DNA of 64,000 nt. Source: Octopus sinensis. Taxonomy: Eukaryota. The notes beneath the pieces are model-generated. The model made no database searches. It was not told the DNA's origin and saw only the letters and a list, made by a program, of their open reading frames with translations. Positions within the stretch are counted from its first letter, which is position 1, and each line of letters opens with the position of its first letter. Positions 39,255 through 51,269 of the stretch are shown here, piece after piece. Location: positions 51,956,001 through 52,020,000 of the forward strand of contig NC_043010.1 in the NCBI RefSeq assembly GCF_006345805.1, read 5' to 3'. Made by a program: the position numbers and the translations under genes.

Positions 39255-41295
39255 GTTAGTTAATTAAGAAGTAAAAAAAAGCAGGACAACTTTCTTCACA
39301 TTTCTGTCTGTATGTCTCATTTCCTGTTCCAATGTAGAACTTATGTTTTATTTGGGGGGAGGGGTACGAAAAAAACAAAAGACGAAGACAGGTGGTGTAC
39401 AAAACAAACAGATGTATTAGTATAACGCTCAGGAATAGAAAATGTCTTTTACGTTTCGAGCCTACTCTCTTCTACAGAAAGGGACACAGAAAAAAAAAAT
39501 GTGTGTAGTGGCTTTACACTGTTTGTAGAGGATTACAACTAAACACACATATATTATCATTTAAAACATTACATTTGCCATACATTATTCATTTCATTAT
39601 CCATCATCTTTTTCTTCACATTTCGGGTATGCTGAAGACTCTTTTCATCATTGCTTCAATCTCTGTAAATAAAGCGTTGGTGAAAGTAAAGAGTTGTCAG
39701 ACTTATGAGAAAAAGGGTCTTCAGTATATCTGAAATGTGAAGGAAAAGATGACGGATAATGAAACGAATAATCTATAGCAAATTGAATGTAATGTAATAA
39801 ATGATATGTGCTTTTAGTTGTAATCCTCTATGCCCTCCCCAAGTCTTTGGAGAGAAGCAAAGAAGATTGATGATGTGTAATAAATGATAATATAATGTGT
39901 TTAGTTGTAATCCTCTAGTTTGGATCTTCATCAGTCTACATCACCTCCCTCTTTCTCTTCATCTCTTTGTTCTACTGGGTTTTTTTAGTTTATTTACTTT
40001 TGTTTTGCTATTGTTTTATTAATGTGTTCATACTTGGTGTGTTAACCTTTTCTTCATTTTCTTGAACTTTTTCACCTGTTTTGCTAAACTGTTCGCATCA
40101 TCATCATCATTTTAGCATCTACTTTTCCGTGCTCCTTTCAGTGGAGAATTTGTTGAGGTAGTTTTTCTATGGTTGAATACCCTTCTTGTCACCAACCCCC
40201 GAATTGTGCCAAGTAAGGGTAATATTTCCCTGTGACTAGGCATGTCTTCACAGAAGATTGAAAACAAAAGGACACTGCTTGCATAACAGTGACACTTGCT
40301 TACAACTATCATGCAATGTCAAAAGGCAAGGAGACAGTAACACACACACACATCTCTCTCTCTCTAGCTATCTATCTATCTTGTCTGTCTGTAGAGAGAG
40401 AGGGTGGGGAAGAAAGGAGAGAGAGGGGACTTGTGAAGGCTTGAGAGTAATGAAGCTAGCATGCTCCACTGGATGGGTAATGTCAGTGTGCATGCACAAC
40501 AGGGTGTAAATGATTTAAGAGGAAAACTAGGTAGAAGAGGCCTCAGCTGTTGTGTGCAAGAGAGAAGACTGTGCTGGTTTGGTCATGGATAAGGACAGCT
40601 GTGTAAGGGAATGCCAAGCTCTAATTGTGGAGGGTACCTGTAGAAGGGGTAGACCCAGGAAGACGTGGGATGAAGTGGTGAGAAAGGATCTTCTGACGCT
40701 GGGCCTCACTGAGGAAATGACAAGGGACCGGAAGATGTGACGATCTGCTGTACCTAATAAGACACATCATGCTAAGTAAAATCGTTGTCTTTCTACACAT
40801 GCAAGCTTGTTCTTTCTGGCACATAAATAGCACCCAGCACATTCTGCTAAGTGGTTGGCATTATAGGAAGGACATCCAGCCATAGAAACTATGCTACAAC
40901 AAACAATTGGAGTCTGGACAGCTCTCTGCTAGCCAGCTCCATGTCAAACCGTCTAACCCATGCCGGTATGGAAAGCGGACATTAAATGATGATGAGGTGT
41001 ATGTGTCTCTATAGATATATATATATGTATATATGTATAAAAATAAATAAATGTGCCCTTTTAAAGCCTAGCCAGGCTCATGGACCCGGTTTCTCTGGTG
41101 TATGTGTTCCCCAGCTGGATGGGATGCCAGTCCATCGCAGCGTTACTCATTTTTGCCAGCTGAGTGGACTGGAGCAACGTGAAATGAAGTGTTTTGCTCA
41201 AGAACACAACGCGTCACCTGGTCCAGGAACCACAATCTTACGATCATGACGCTGACACCCTAACCACTAAGCCATGTGCCTCAACCTATATATAT

Positions 41296-41345
<50 letters not shown>

Positions 41346-44300
41346 ATGGTGGGTTTCCTTCAGATTCTATTTACCAAATCCACTCACAAAACTATGGTCT
41401 GCTTGAGGCTCCAGTAGAAGTCACTTGCCCAAGATACCATATAGTAGAACCGAAACTCAATTATTGAGAAGCAAACTTCTTACCACACAGCCATGCCTGT
41501 GTCTTTTCATTAATCTATTCTCATGTTTTATCGATCTCTTCACTTGTTTTGTTAATCTGCTGGTGTCTGTTTTGTTAACGTCTTTGCTTGTTTTGTAAAT
41601 TTGTTCACCTTTGTTAACTTGTTGGCTCTTGTAGTTCACCTGTTTTGTTAACCTTTTTTTTTTTTAACTACATTTCTGTTGACATACAATCTCTCTGTTT
41701 CAATCAATTTAAATAACAAAGAATTTAGTAAAATAACTTTGTCATTAAGCTGGTATTTGCAACACATTAATATGAAATCTTGACAAGTTTTAATTAAGAT
41801 CATGTCAAAACATGTTTGTATCATTGAATCAGGGTGGTCTGAGGTAGATTGGTATCAAAAGGCTTACATTAAGTCTCCATCATTACCATCAGCAGTCAGA
41901 AGAGATGATATATATATATACTGGCAGTATAGCCCGGGATTAAGTTAGGATTATTAAGCTAATCAAGCACTTTGTTTCAAACTAGACTAAGCAACACCGA
42001 TGTCAAATTTGAGTGAAATCTGTTGAAATTGGTAAACATTTGGCTGAAAATGGGTTGCAGACAATTTGATTGGGAAATCCCATAAGGAATCAATTTATCA
42101 GTTTTTTCCACTCATTGATTTTTTTTTTTTTTTTTTTGAGAACTTAAAGCGTTCATAGATCCCATGAGTTCTAAGTAATGCCAGCATCAAGTTCGAACAA
42201 AATACGTCAAAATTGGTAAAAGTTACAGTTGAAAATGGGGTGTAGCCAATTTTAATGGGAAATCCTATAAAGAATCGGTTTATTGATTTTTCACCCTAAA
42301 TAGGACTTAACTAAACACAACATTGCTGATTCAAAAAAAATCTATATTTATACTTTAAAGTTGGTTTTCACACCCAACCCAGTTCTGCAGAATCAGTGTT
42401 GCGACGGGAGTGCATGGGTTGGGAGTTTGACTAGCAGAGGTAATGAGGTTGCACATGCTGGCCCTTTCGAAACCACCAGCCCCAATCATCTAAACCCCCT
42501 TGGACCATGGGTTGGGAGCCCTTCCAGCAAGGAAAATAGAATACCCAAAAGGGCTCCCAATCCTTTGTGTCAGAAGGGGTTAAGTTTGGATCACAACTAA
42601 GCCTTAACCTAAGCCCAAGCTAACCTAACAAAAGGGGGCTCAGGGTCCTCTAAGAGGCTGCGACTAATCCTGATCTAGTTAACCCCTTCTAGGGGTACTA
42701 TTGGTTAAGGCTGCATTGGAGAAGGTTGCATCAAAGGTTTGCATGCTATTATATATATATATGCACACAATATATATGTCGCATTCTCTACTGTGTGTAT
42801 ATATATATATATTTGATTTTTGATTTTGATTTTTCCAGTTTCAGCTAATGATCTGTGGCCATGCTGGGGCACTGCCATATATATATATATATTATATATA
42901 TATATATATATTTATTTATTTATTTAATAATGAACCATGTAATTCACACTGGAAAATTTTTTTCTGTAAAAATGTTGGGAATGGGTAAAATTTCTGAGGC
43001 TTCCACCTCACCCCACCCCATTTTTCGGACCCCATCCAAAAGGGTTTTGTAGCATATTAGGAGGTCACAGGAATTAATTCCACAAAAAAAAAAAAACTCC
43101 TAACGACTCCGGAATTTGCAGCATACTAAGGTCAGGGTACTTGATTTCACGCAAAAAAATCCAATTTTTATTCTTTGTGTTTAGTGAAAATTATGTGGGT
43201 GGAAAGATCAGGGCCGGGGGGTAATGGGTGAAATTTCCGAGGATTCCACCTCACCCCACCCCATTTTTCGGACCTCCCCCCCCCCAAAGGGTTTTGTAGC
43301 ATATTAGGAAGTCACAGGAATTCATTCAATGAAAAAAAGAAAGAAGGCTAAAACAATGTAAAGTGCATTGTGACCAGCGATGTGTAACAACATCTGATAG
43401 CCTGGTCGGTCACGGTGATATGATGGAAGCAGAGCTGTTGTCAGCCTGGTATCAAAAGAGTTAAACTGTTTACTTGTTTTGTTAATAGAACATCTTACAG
43501 TCTCACCTTTTGCATTGTTGCTAATGTCATTGTTTTACTGTTCCTCTTTCACAGCAACCATGTTTTAACGGAAGATGTGATTTCACGGGAGATTGTCAAC
43601 CAGAAGCTCCACACCAAGCGGTTGTTAACCAAGACAAACCCTGTGCCAAAATGGGGTGAAAGATTCGTATCACGGGCGCGTCATGTATGCATTGTTGAAG
43701 AATCCATTATTGATCCTGTTGCCAAAACTGTTATCACATACACCAGAAATATTGGATTGCAGAGAATTATGGTAAAATTCCTTATTATTGATCTCCAGTC
43801 AAATCTTAAACTTTGAGGGCTTCTTCCCCTATCATATGTTTTCCTGATGAAAGGCCTTCCTTTACTAGATTTTCTTGGTTTTGAATTGTCATCGATGCTT
43901 CTGTAACTCTATGCAAACCCATTTTTACATCTGAGGATAAGGTGATCCCTATTAATTTGGTCCCTATCTCTTAACAGTGTTAATCTCTGCGACAATTTCA
44001 TCTCAATTGAAGGAGAGGGGCTTTCTCCGTCCAGGTTGCGGATCCGTGGAATAAACTGCTGGACGAGATAGTGAAGATGCTGACGACCGCTCGGTTCAAA
44101 GTCTCTCTTGACCAGGAACACCCTCCCTGTACATAACTCTATGTCCCCTTACATGGCCTTGCTTTTTGAGCCAAAAAATTAACTTAACACTTTAGTATTT
44201 AAACTGGCCAAATTTAGTCAAAATATTCTATCTGTTTTATTTTCAAAGCAACCAGATTGAGTCTCTCACACCTACTCTACAATGTCATTCAAAAAATATA

Positions 44301-45917
44301 GTCACATCAAAATCTTGACGGTACAGGATAATGTCTGATTAATTGAAAACAATGTCAAATAAGAATTATAATACAATTTAATCTGAATGCTAAGGGGTTA
44401 ACCTGTCCAGTATGATGGGGATGGGGGTGGCCTACCAGGAGCCTGCACTCCTCTGGCATAGCTCTTATGACCATTGACGCACACAAACCAACACCCAACA
44501 ATAAAGATTGGACTCTATGGTGGGACTGTCCTTATGGGGTTAACCCAAATGGAAGTTGTATCTTGTGGATGTATGTACAATGAAATACTTGTCGGATGTT
44601 GTAATGTGGATCCAACATCATTTCATTATGTGACTGACCAGGCTATTAGATGTTACTTATCGCTGGTCACAATGCGTTTACATCGTTTTAACCTTCAAAT
44701 AATGCCACTCCAACGACTAGGCAACCAGGCCAACACTCCTCCCCCCACTGCTGATCGAAAAGGGGTACTGGAGCAATGTGAAATGAAGTGTTTTTGCTCA
44801 AGGAAAGAATATGCTGCCTGGTCCGTGAATTGAACTCTCAATATGGGTTTATGTTTATGTGGTAGATAAATGGTAGTGTGTCATTTCTGAAGTGAAGCAG
44901 TAAGGTTCTACTGTTCCTGTATAAATATGCAAATTTTAATTGTAAATTTGTATAAATATAACATAAGGTTTTAGAAAATCCTTAGTGTTGTTGTTTAGCC
45001 CCAGATTAGCTCTAATTGAGCAATGTAAAGTATTCCAGCCATAACCATCCTGTTTAGTTTTGTTTTGTTTTTTTCCCCTATGTGCTAGGAACCCAGTGCC
45101 ATGCTTCCCCGGTATGTCCTTTTCTAAGAGAGAAGGGTGTGTGATTTGAGGGAGACTAGTCTGCTATTTCTAACAGATCAAGCAACCATGTAATGACTCT
45201 TTTGACTCTTCAGCTAGCAGAATCATTAGCATGCTGGATGAAATGCTTAACAGTATTTCGCCCGTCGCTATATTCTAAGTTCAAGTTCCGCCAAGATCAA
45301 CTTTGCATTTCATCCTTTCCGGGTTGATAAATTAAATACCAGTGAAACACTGGGTTCAATGTAATCGACTAGTTCCCCTCAAAAAAATTTCAGGCCTTGT
45401 GCCTTTAGTAAAAAGGGATTCTTATGGTGTTGTACACAAAAGTTATTTTGCATCTTTTAATTTAAAAAAAAAAAAACTTTTTTGAAATTTTTTGGTTGAA
45501 ATACCCTACCTTTTGTTTACATGTTTCAAGATTATTTATTTTTCCTTTTAAATGTTTTTTTCTTCTGGTCAGCAATTGGAAGAAAAATGCGTCTATCGCA
45601 CCAGTGCTGATAACACTAGATGGACAGTGTGTGAAAGATGGGCCTACATCAACTCGAGCATCTTTGGATTTTCACGTGCCATCCAAGTCTTCGCACTTGA
45701 GCGCTACAAAAAGAACGTGCAGAAGACACAGAAGGGTTTCGAACACATCCTCTCTCGGTTGTACATCATGCATGATCCGTCACACAGCAGCAGCACAGAC
45801 ACAATATCTCGTGTGCATGGCGGCAAAGAAGGGAAACAGAAATTGAAAGAGACTGCACGAAAGGCCACAGAACTTGCACAACGTCCTGTCTTGTCCACGC
45901 CTGGCCAAATATCTTGA
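39163..45917 (+). CDS. PRELID1: PRELI domain-containing protein 1, mitochondrial (Ups1-like), 3 coding exons, 217 aa
   Basis: Spliced product MVKYYSGTQILKFSWDQLASAFWQRYPNPYSNHVLTEDVISRE...RLLTKTN...EESIIDP...LEEKCVY...RAIQVFALERYKKN..KGFEHIL...KLKETARKATELA matches PRELID1, including the C-terminal LEA-like tail. Confidence 0.96.
40460..40995 (+). mobile_element. RTE LINE 3' fragment
   Basis: ERRLCWFGH...GTCRRGRPRKTWDEVVRKD; ends in the same catgc..gcatggaaagcggac..(GAT)n tail as the repeat modules. Confidence 0.8.
43555..43771 (+). CDS. PRELID1: PRELID1 coding exon 2
   Basis: 217 nt; tttcacag / GTAAAA; NHVLTEDV...YTRNIGLQRIM. Confidence 0.95.
43985..44170 (+). mobile_element. CR1-type LINE 3' fragment
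   Basis: FSVQVADPWNKLLDEIVKM..ARFKVSLD resembles the CR1 RT C-terminal FS.RV...WN.LP..V motif. Confidence 0.65.
45573..45917 (+). CDS. PRELID1: PRELID1 coding exon 3 (to TGA)
   Basis: acceptor tcttctggtcag; QLEEKCVY...PGQIS*. Confidence 0.94.
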   Translation, partial: QLEEKCVYRTSADNTRWTVCERWAYINSSIFGFSRAIQVFALERYKKNVQKTQKGFEHILSRLYIMHDPSHSSSTDTISRVHGGKEGKQKLKETARKATELAQRPVLSTPGQIS

Positions 45918-47234
45918 TGACATTTCATCCCAAAGAGATGGGTAGTTGGGCAAGGCTAAAACCAAAACACTCCATGTTTTCAAACAGATAAAAAAAAAAA
46001 GGAACCCAGCCTGCACAAATTTATTAAGAAATTGCTAAAAAAAAAAGGTAGGGATTGCACAGGGTTGGGAACTGCAAACAAAGGATATAAGAAGCAAAAA
46101 ACATTTATGGTTACAGACGAGGCAAATTATCATTTTTTTAAATTTTTTAAGAGGCTAGTTTAGTCAAGTGGGTGGCTTGACTCTAGTATATTACAGATAC
46201 TTAATTTATCAATTTTTGATCACATTCTTTTCATTCATCTTCTTCTGGTCTTGTTAAATATGTACCAGTAATGTACTGGTTTCTGATCAGTTGACCGTAA
46301 CTTCACCTTTTCCTTGCAAAAAAAACAAGTTGATCTTGTGGAAAGAAATATATTTATTATGTGTCATGGGGGTGAGTTGATTCATTCATGCAGGAGGTGA
46401 CTTGAATGCATTTTTGTATTTTGTGTTCCATTCCTCCATAAGAATAACAACACTAACATCTTTGATTTAGTTGACTACCATTTCACATTTCACATTCTCC
46501 AATTTGACCGTGTTGTGTTTGTGTTCTTTCCGTGGCACAAAGTGCTGGGTAGCGGCGCATGTAAAATGGCTGTGAACAGCACTTGAAACAAGTTCTTGCT
46601 TTCGGTTTGACAAGAAGTCAATACTGCACCAGTGCTTGTGCCAGAAAGTGCCATCTTCTTATTCTTCAATCGTACACAAAACCAATTATTTCTTGTTCAT
46701 TTGAATCGACTTACTGTTCTTACTCTTAGTTATTTTATCAACCTCATCACTTGGGTGGTGGGGCAGTGCGGGGGGGGGGTGTATGTGTTTACTAAAATGC
46801 ATTGTCAGATCTGGCTGGATTTGAACTCAAAACTGAGAGGCAAGTAACAAAATATTGTATCTTGCTTTTCCGATGCAGCAATGCAGCATGGTGCCTTTTC
46901 TGTCACTCTTCTGTGTTGGTCTTTTCCATTGCCCTTCCCATGGGGGAAAATATATGGAAAGCAACACAATTTTTAAGCGGGAACCTTCGAGTGGCAGTCT
47001 CTCAGACTACTAGAAACATCAGCTGGATCTCAAAATTCACACCTGCTGTCTTGAAAAAAAGAGTAAGATGCATGAAATACAAAAATACAATGTGGTCATA
47101 GGTTCAGTTAGGGCTAAACAATAACAAGATTGATAATTTCTTAGATAGAAAAAAAACTTCAGATTTATCAGGGGAAGGGAAATGCTTTTACTGTGTGAAG
47201 AGTTTTAGTACCAAATACTGTCGTGTGAAGCAGT

Positions 47235-47553
47235 TTAACCCTTTTGACACCAACCTGCTTTAGACCTCCTTGGTTCTCAGATGCAAATTTCCTGCTTTAA
47301 AGTCACCTAAATTAAAACCTTCCCTCAATATTTCTTGTTAATATATGTTCTAAACCAGGTTATTAATGATAAATAATCTTGAAAATACTGAAGAATTTTG
47401 TAAAATAACTTCATCATTATTAAGCTGATATTTCAAACTTAGATTAACATAAAATTTGGATGGTTAAGTTTTAATTTAGATCGTTTTAAAACAGACAGTT
47501 TGTGTTGTAGAACCAGGATGCAGTTTCAAGTGAGTCGGAATCAAAAGGGTTAA
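47235..47553. mobile_element. piggyBac-type MITE
   Basis: TTAA-CCCTTTTGA ... TCAAAAGGG-TTAA termini; relatives at about 126-685 and 8700-8948. Confidence 0.8.
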
Positions 47554-48254
47554 AAACAATATGAGCCTAGTTATAGACTAGGACTAATCAAATGAGTACT
47601 TGTACTCATAGCCTTTACTGTTTGTGCCTCGGAAAGAAATCTTTACCAGTATTGCTTCACACCAAAGTTGGTCTTGTCTGAATGGTAATAATGAAGTTAA
47701 AGTGGTTGAGGTGATGGTAGTGGTAGTTCGTGCTGTTGTATAGAACCCAATGGAATTACAGAGCTATGTGATATATTGAGCCCTTCCCCAACTCCCAACC
47801 AAAAAATAAAAAAAAAACTATGCCCCACCATCTAGATACTGCAGTTACTGATTGGTTCCAAAATCAACATTCCTCTAGGCACCTTTTTGCTGCACTTGAG
47901 CCCAAGGTCACTGAACTCTTTATTCTAATATGAACATGATTGGCCAAGTTGGCTGTTTGATATCTTTATCCATTTCATATGAGCTGAGTTCATTGCTTGG
48001 CACCATGTTGGGTTAAGAACATTTCGAGATTGATGGATGGAAATATTGTTAAATGTATGTATGAATTAAATGTCCGAGACAAGTTGTTGTTAATAAGATT
48101 ATAATTTTTCAGACTAATTAACTTCATTCTTTAAAGTTGAAAAATATATATTTTCTTCACTTTGCTTTGACTTGATCTAGGATCCTCATCAGGTGTCTTA
48201 TTCTTGAATGTATACTTAGTCCCAAACTAAGGGTCATTTTCCTAATCATCATCC

Positions 48255-48605
48255 TATGATGCACCTGGACATATCATCAATGATGTTTCCTGGGCTCGTT
48301 AGGTGTTTCAGGTCTTTCGACATCAGACATCCCCAGCCAGGGTTGATCAAGCTCCAGTTCATGTCCAGTTAGCACTGCTCCTTCCAGGGCTCACGCCTTC
48401 TGATTCACAGCACTTTGCAGCAACCTCTGCTGCCTCCACAGCTGACCTGATTGCCTTCTGCCTACTGGCCCCTATGATACCAAACTTGTTGAAATCTCTG
48501 AAGAGAGACTTGCCTGCATCCTACTTCAATGGGATCACACCTTTGTTCCTGCTCATTGCTTTGGCATATCTCCACCCAACATCTCAGCATATTTTCTTTA
48601 GACCA
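48255..48605 (-). mobile_element. Decayed RLE-type (HERO/NeSL-like) non-LTR retrotransposon 3' end
   Basis: Frameshifted CDPIEVGCR...SL...GIIGASRQKAIRSAVEAAEVAA resembles the restriction-like endonuclease tail; followed by 3'UTR gtctgatgtcgaaagacctgaaacacc. Confidence 0.65.
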
Positions 48606-50168
48606 CTAACATTTTAATCCATTCTGGTGCTCTGTGTACATCCAGGATGAGAGCACCTGATGACAATCAAAGATTAATCAAATCAAAATGTAGTGTAAAT
48701 GAAAGTAATGCTCATCTCTAAAGACAAAAGTTAATAGTGTGTGTTTGTGTTCATGTGTGCTTTTGCATTATTTGTTTTCATACCTATAAAATCATTGAAA
48801 CACCCAATTGTCCAGTTCAGTTTTTGTTTTCTTTTAATAATCTAACAACATAGTATGATGTATATATAGGAATGTTTGGCCCTCGGGCATGGGGACAATG
48901 GTTAAGGAGTTATTTTTACAACTGTTAGGCTTTGTTCAGATCCACTGTGTATCGCTTTGGTCCACCATCACACTGAAGGATTACATTAAGGGTACTGGTG
49001 TCTGTGGAATACTCAGCCACTCACACTATAACTCAATCAATAAATAGTTTAGTGCTTCAACGACTGGAATACTTGTTGAATATGTGAGAGGAAAGCAGAA
49101 AGCAGATAAGCTAAGTGGTGGTGGCGAGGGTTATGCAGCAACCACTTAAGTCGGAGGTGGCAATTTCTAATTGTCAGTTCACAGCTGTAAGCAGTGTCAG
49201 TCATTGAAAAACTGAAAGCTTCATTAGCTTACTGTATTAGGCCCAGGTCTTCTTTCACAAATACATTCCTCTCACCCTACCCATAATTCACAACATGAGG
49301 AAGAGCTTGTCTCCAACGGTAACCCTCAATTCACTATATGCATGAAGACCTCATTTTCTGTGCTAACTCTCAATTCAAATTGTGAGGAAGACTTGGTCTT
49401 CAATGATAACCTACTATTCACTACATGAGAAAGACTCTGTCTTCTTTGCTAATTCTCAATTCACTATGTTAGGAGGACTTGTTTTACACTGGTAACCTTT
49501 AAATTCACTACACAAAAACGGCCAAGTTTTCATTGATAACCCAAACTGAGCTACAGGACTGATTAATCTCTGTTAAAAAAAAAAAAACTATGAAAATTCA
49601 ATAAAAGCAGGTAATTTGCAGTTTGATACTATGATAAATACTGAGATATAGGATTCATGACTTTTAGAATTTAAATTTCAGTTTTGATGCAGCCTACAAA
49701 GTTATGTCTTTTAACATATGCATTTGTGTGTGTGTGTGTGTTTATACACACACTCACACATAAATAGTAAACTCATCAGAAAAAGTGAAAAATCCAGTAT
49801 TTCTGACACAGTTGATCTCCAGGGAAAAGTTAACAGGAGAGAAATCAAAGAGAGATTAATTAATAAATAATTAATTAATAATTACATACTAAAACAATTA
49901 TCAGCCACATCCTCTGAGGATCATTTTAATGTATAATGATTATTACTGACCAGGCAGATGATCATAATGAAGGTTTTGAAATACCAACTGTTTGTTTTCT
50001 CATTTTTTTTTTTCTTCTTTTATACTGTATGTTACTTTGCCAGCTAAGTGACAGCCCTAAACCATATCAATGCACCACTGATAGTATTCTATAGCAGTGG
50101 ATGTTTAATGTAGGAATTGTTCTAGCCCCAACATTCTATGGTAATTTGTTATGTATTAATGCTTCTGC

Positions 50169-50203
<35 letters not shown>

Positions 50204-50215
50204 TTTACACTCATA

Positions 50216-50716
50216 TACCGTAAATCCTTAAGTATAATCCGCATTTTTTCCCCAAAATTTAAAGGTCAAAATCCCTAGTGCATACTATATACGAGGTTAA
50301 AAATGAAAATTATTTTCTAAGCAATGTCCGAGTCTCTATTTGCTGTCCGGCAATGTTTATTCAGACGCATTTTGTGATGTCGGGTGCGAAAATACCTTAA
50401 GCTAAGCCTGAAAGCAATGAAGTCATAAAAAAATCATCCATAACTTGCAGTAAGCAATATTTATTAAACGTTATTACTGTTATTTCTTTATTTTCTGCAA
50501 ACAAAATGCACAAAAAAGCTACACGTTTGCATTATGTTACATATACAATAATAATAAAGGATGTTGCCGTATACATTTTTACAAATCAAGGACGCTATAT
50601 AGATCTCCTTGACTCAAGTTAGAGAAGGGGTGCGTACTATACACAAGGTTTGGGTTTTTTTCAGAGGTACAGCCCCCTAAAAATCCCCTGCATATTATAC
50701 TCAAGGATTTACGGTA
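50216..50716. mobile_element. pogo/Tigger-like MITE, copy 2
   Basis: Same TIRs and internal sequence as 36651-37155. Confidence 0.85.
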
Positions 50717-51015
50717 TATATTTTTAGACAATATTGTTCACAGTGACTTTGACTGCCAATGATGGGCAAAACGTTGAAGTCGCTGTCAATGATATTCTTG
50801 TTTAAGGATAAATTCGTATTCTCTAAAAGTATAGAGTAACCCTAAGGTTAATGTAAAATTGTTTTTATTATAACTAAACATAAAAATAAGCAATATGTGT
50901 GTGTGTGTATATATACGATACATATATAGGGTAGCGAATATTAGAAATATCACCACCAGTGGCCTAGCATGTATAAATAGTCAATAGACAATATATTCTC
51001 AATATAAAATTGAAG

Positions 51016-51269
51016 AGAAAACTACCCTTTAACAGGTAATTTTTACACGCTAGATGAAGCAGTCAAAACGACCAAAACCACATTTAATAGCAATTTTTGA
51101 AGGAAATAAAAAATAAGAACTTTTACTTTGTTATTTTTTAACTGCAAAAAATAACAAGGTAAAAGTTTTTATTTTTCATTTACTTCGAAAATTGCTATTA
51201 AATTGGTTTTGGTAATTTTTGACTGCTTCTTCTAGCATGTAAAAATTACCTGTTAAAGGGTAGTTTTCT
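51016..51269. repeat. Palindrome, about 124-bp arms, 6-nt loop
   Basis: agaaaactaccctttaacaggtaatttttac ... gtaaaaattacctgttaaagggtagttttct. Confidence 0.9.

Noticed and set aside
46480-46655. 55-codon minus-strand ORF with YY1-like motifs nearby
   Set aside because: No homology or splice support; lies where the PRELID1 3'UTR may extend
49285-49545. CRISPR-like array
   Set aside because: Eukaryotic context, degenerate units, no unique spacers and no cas genes
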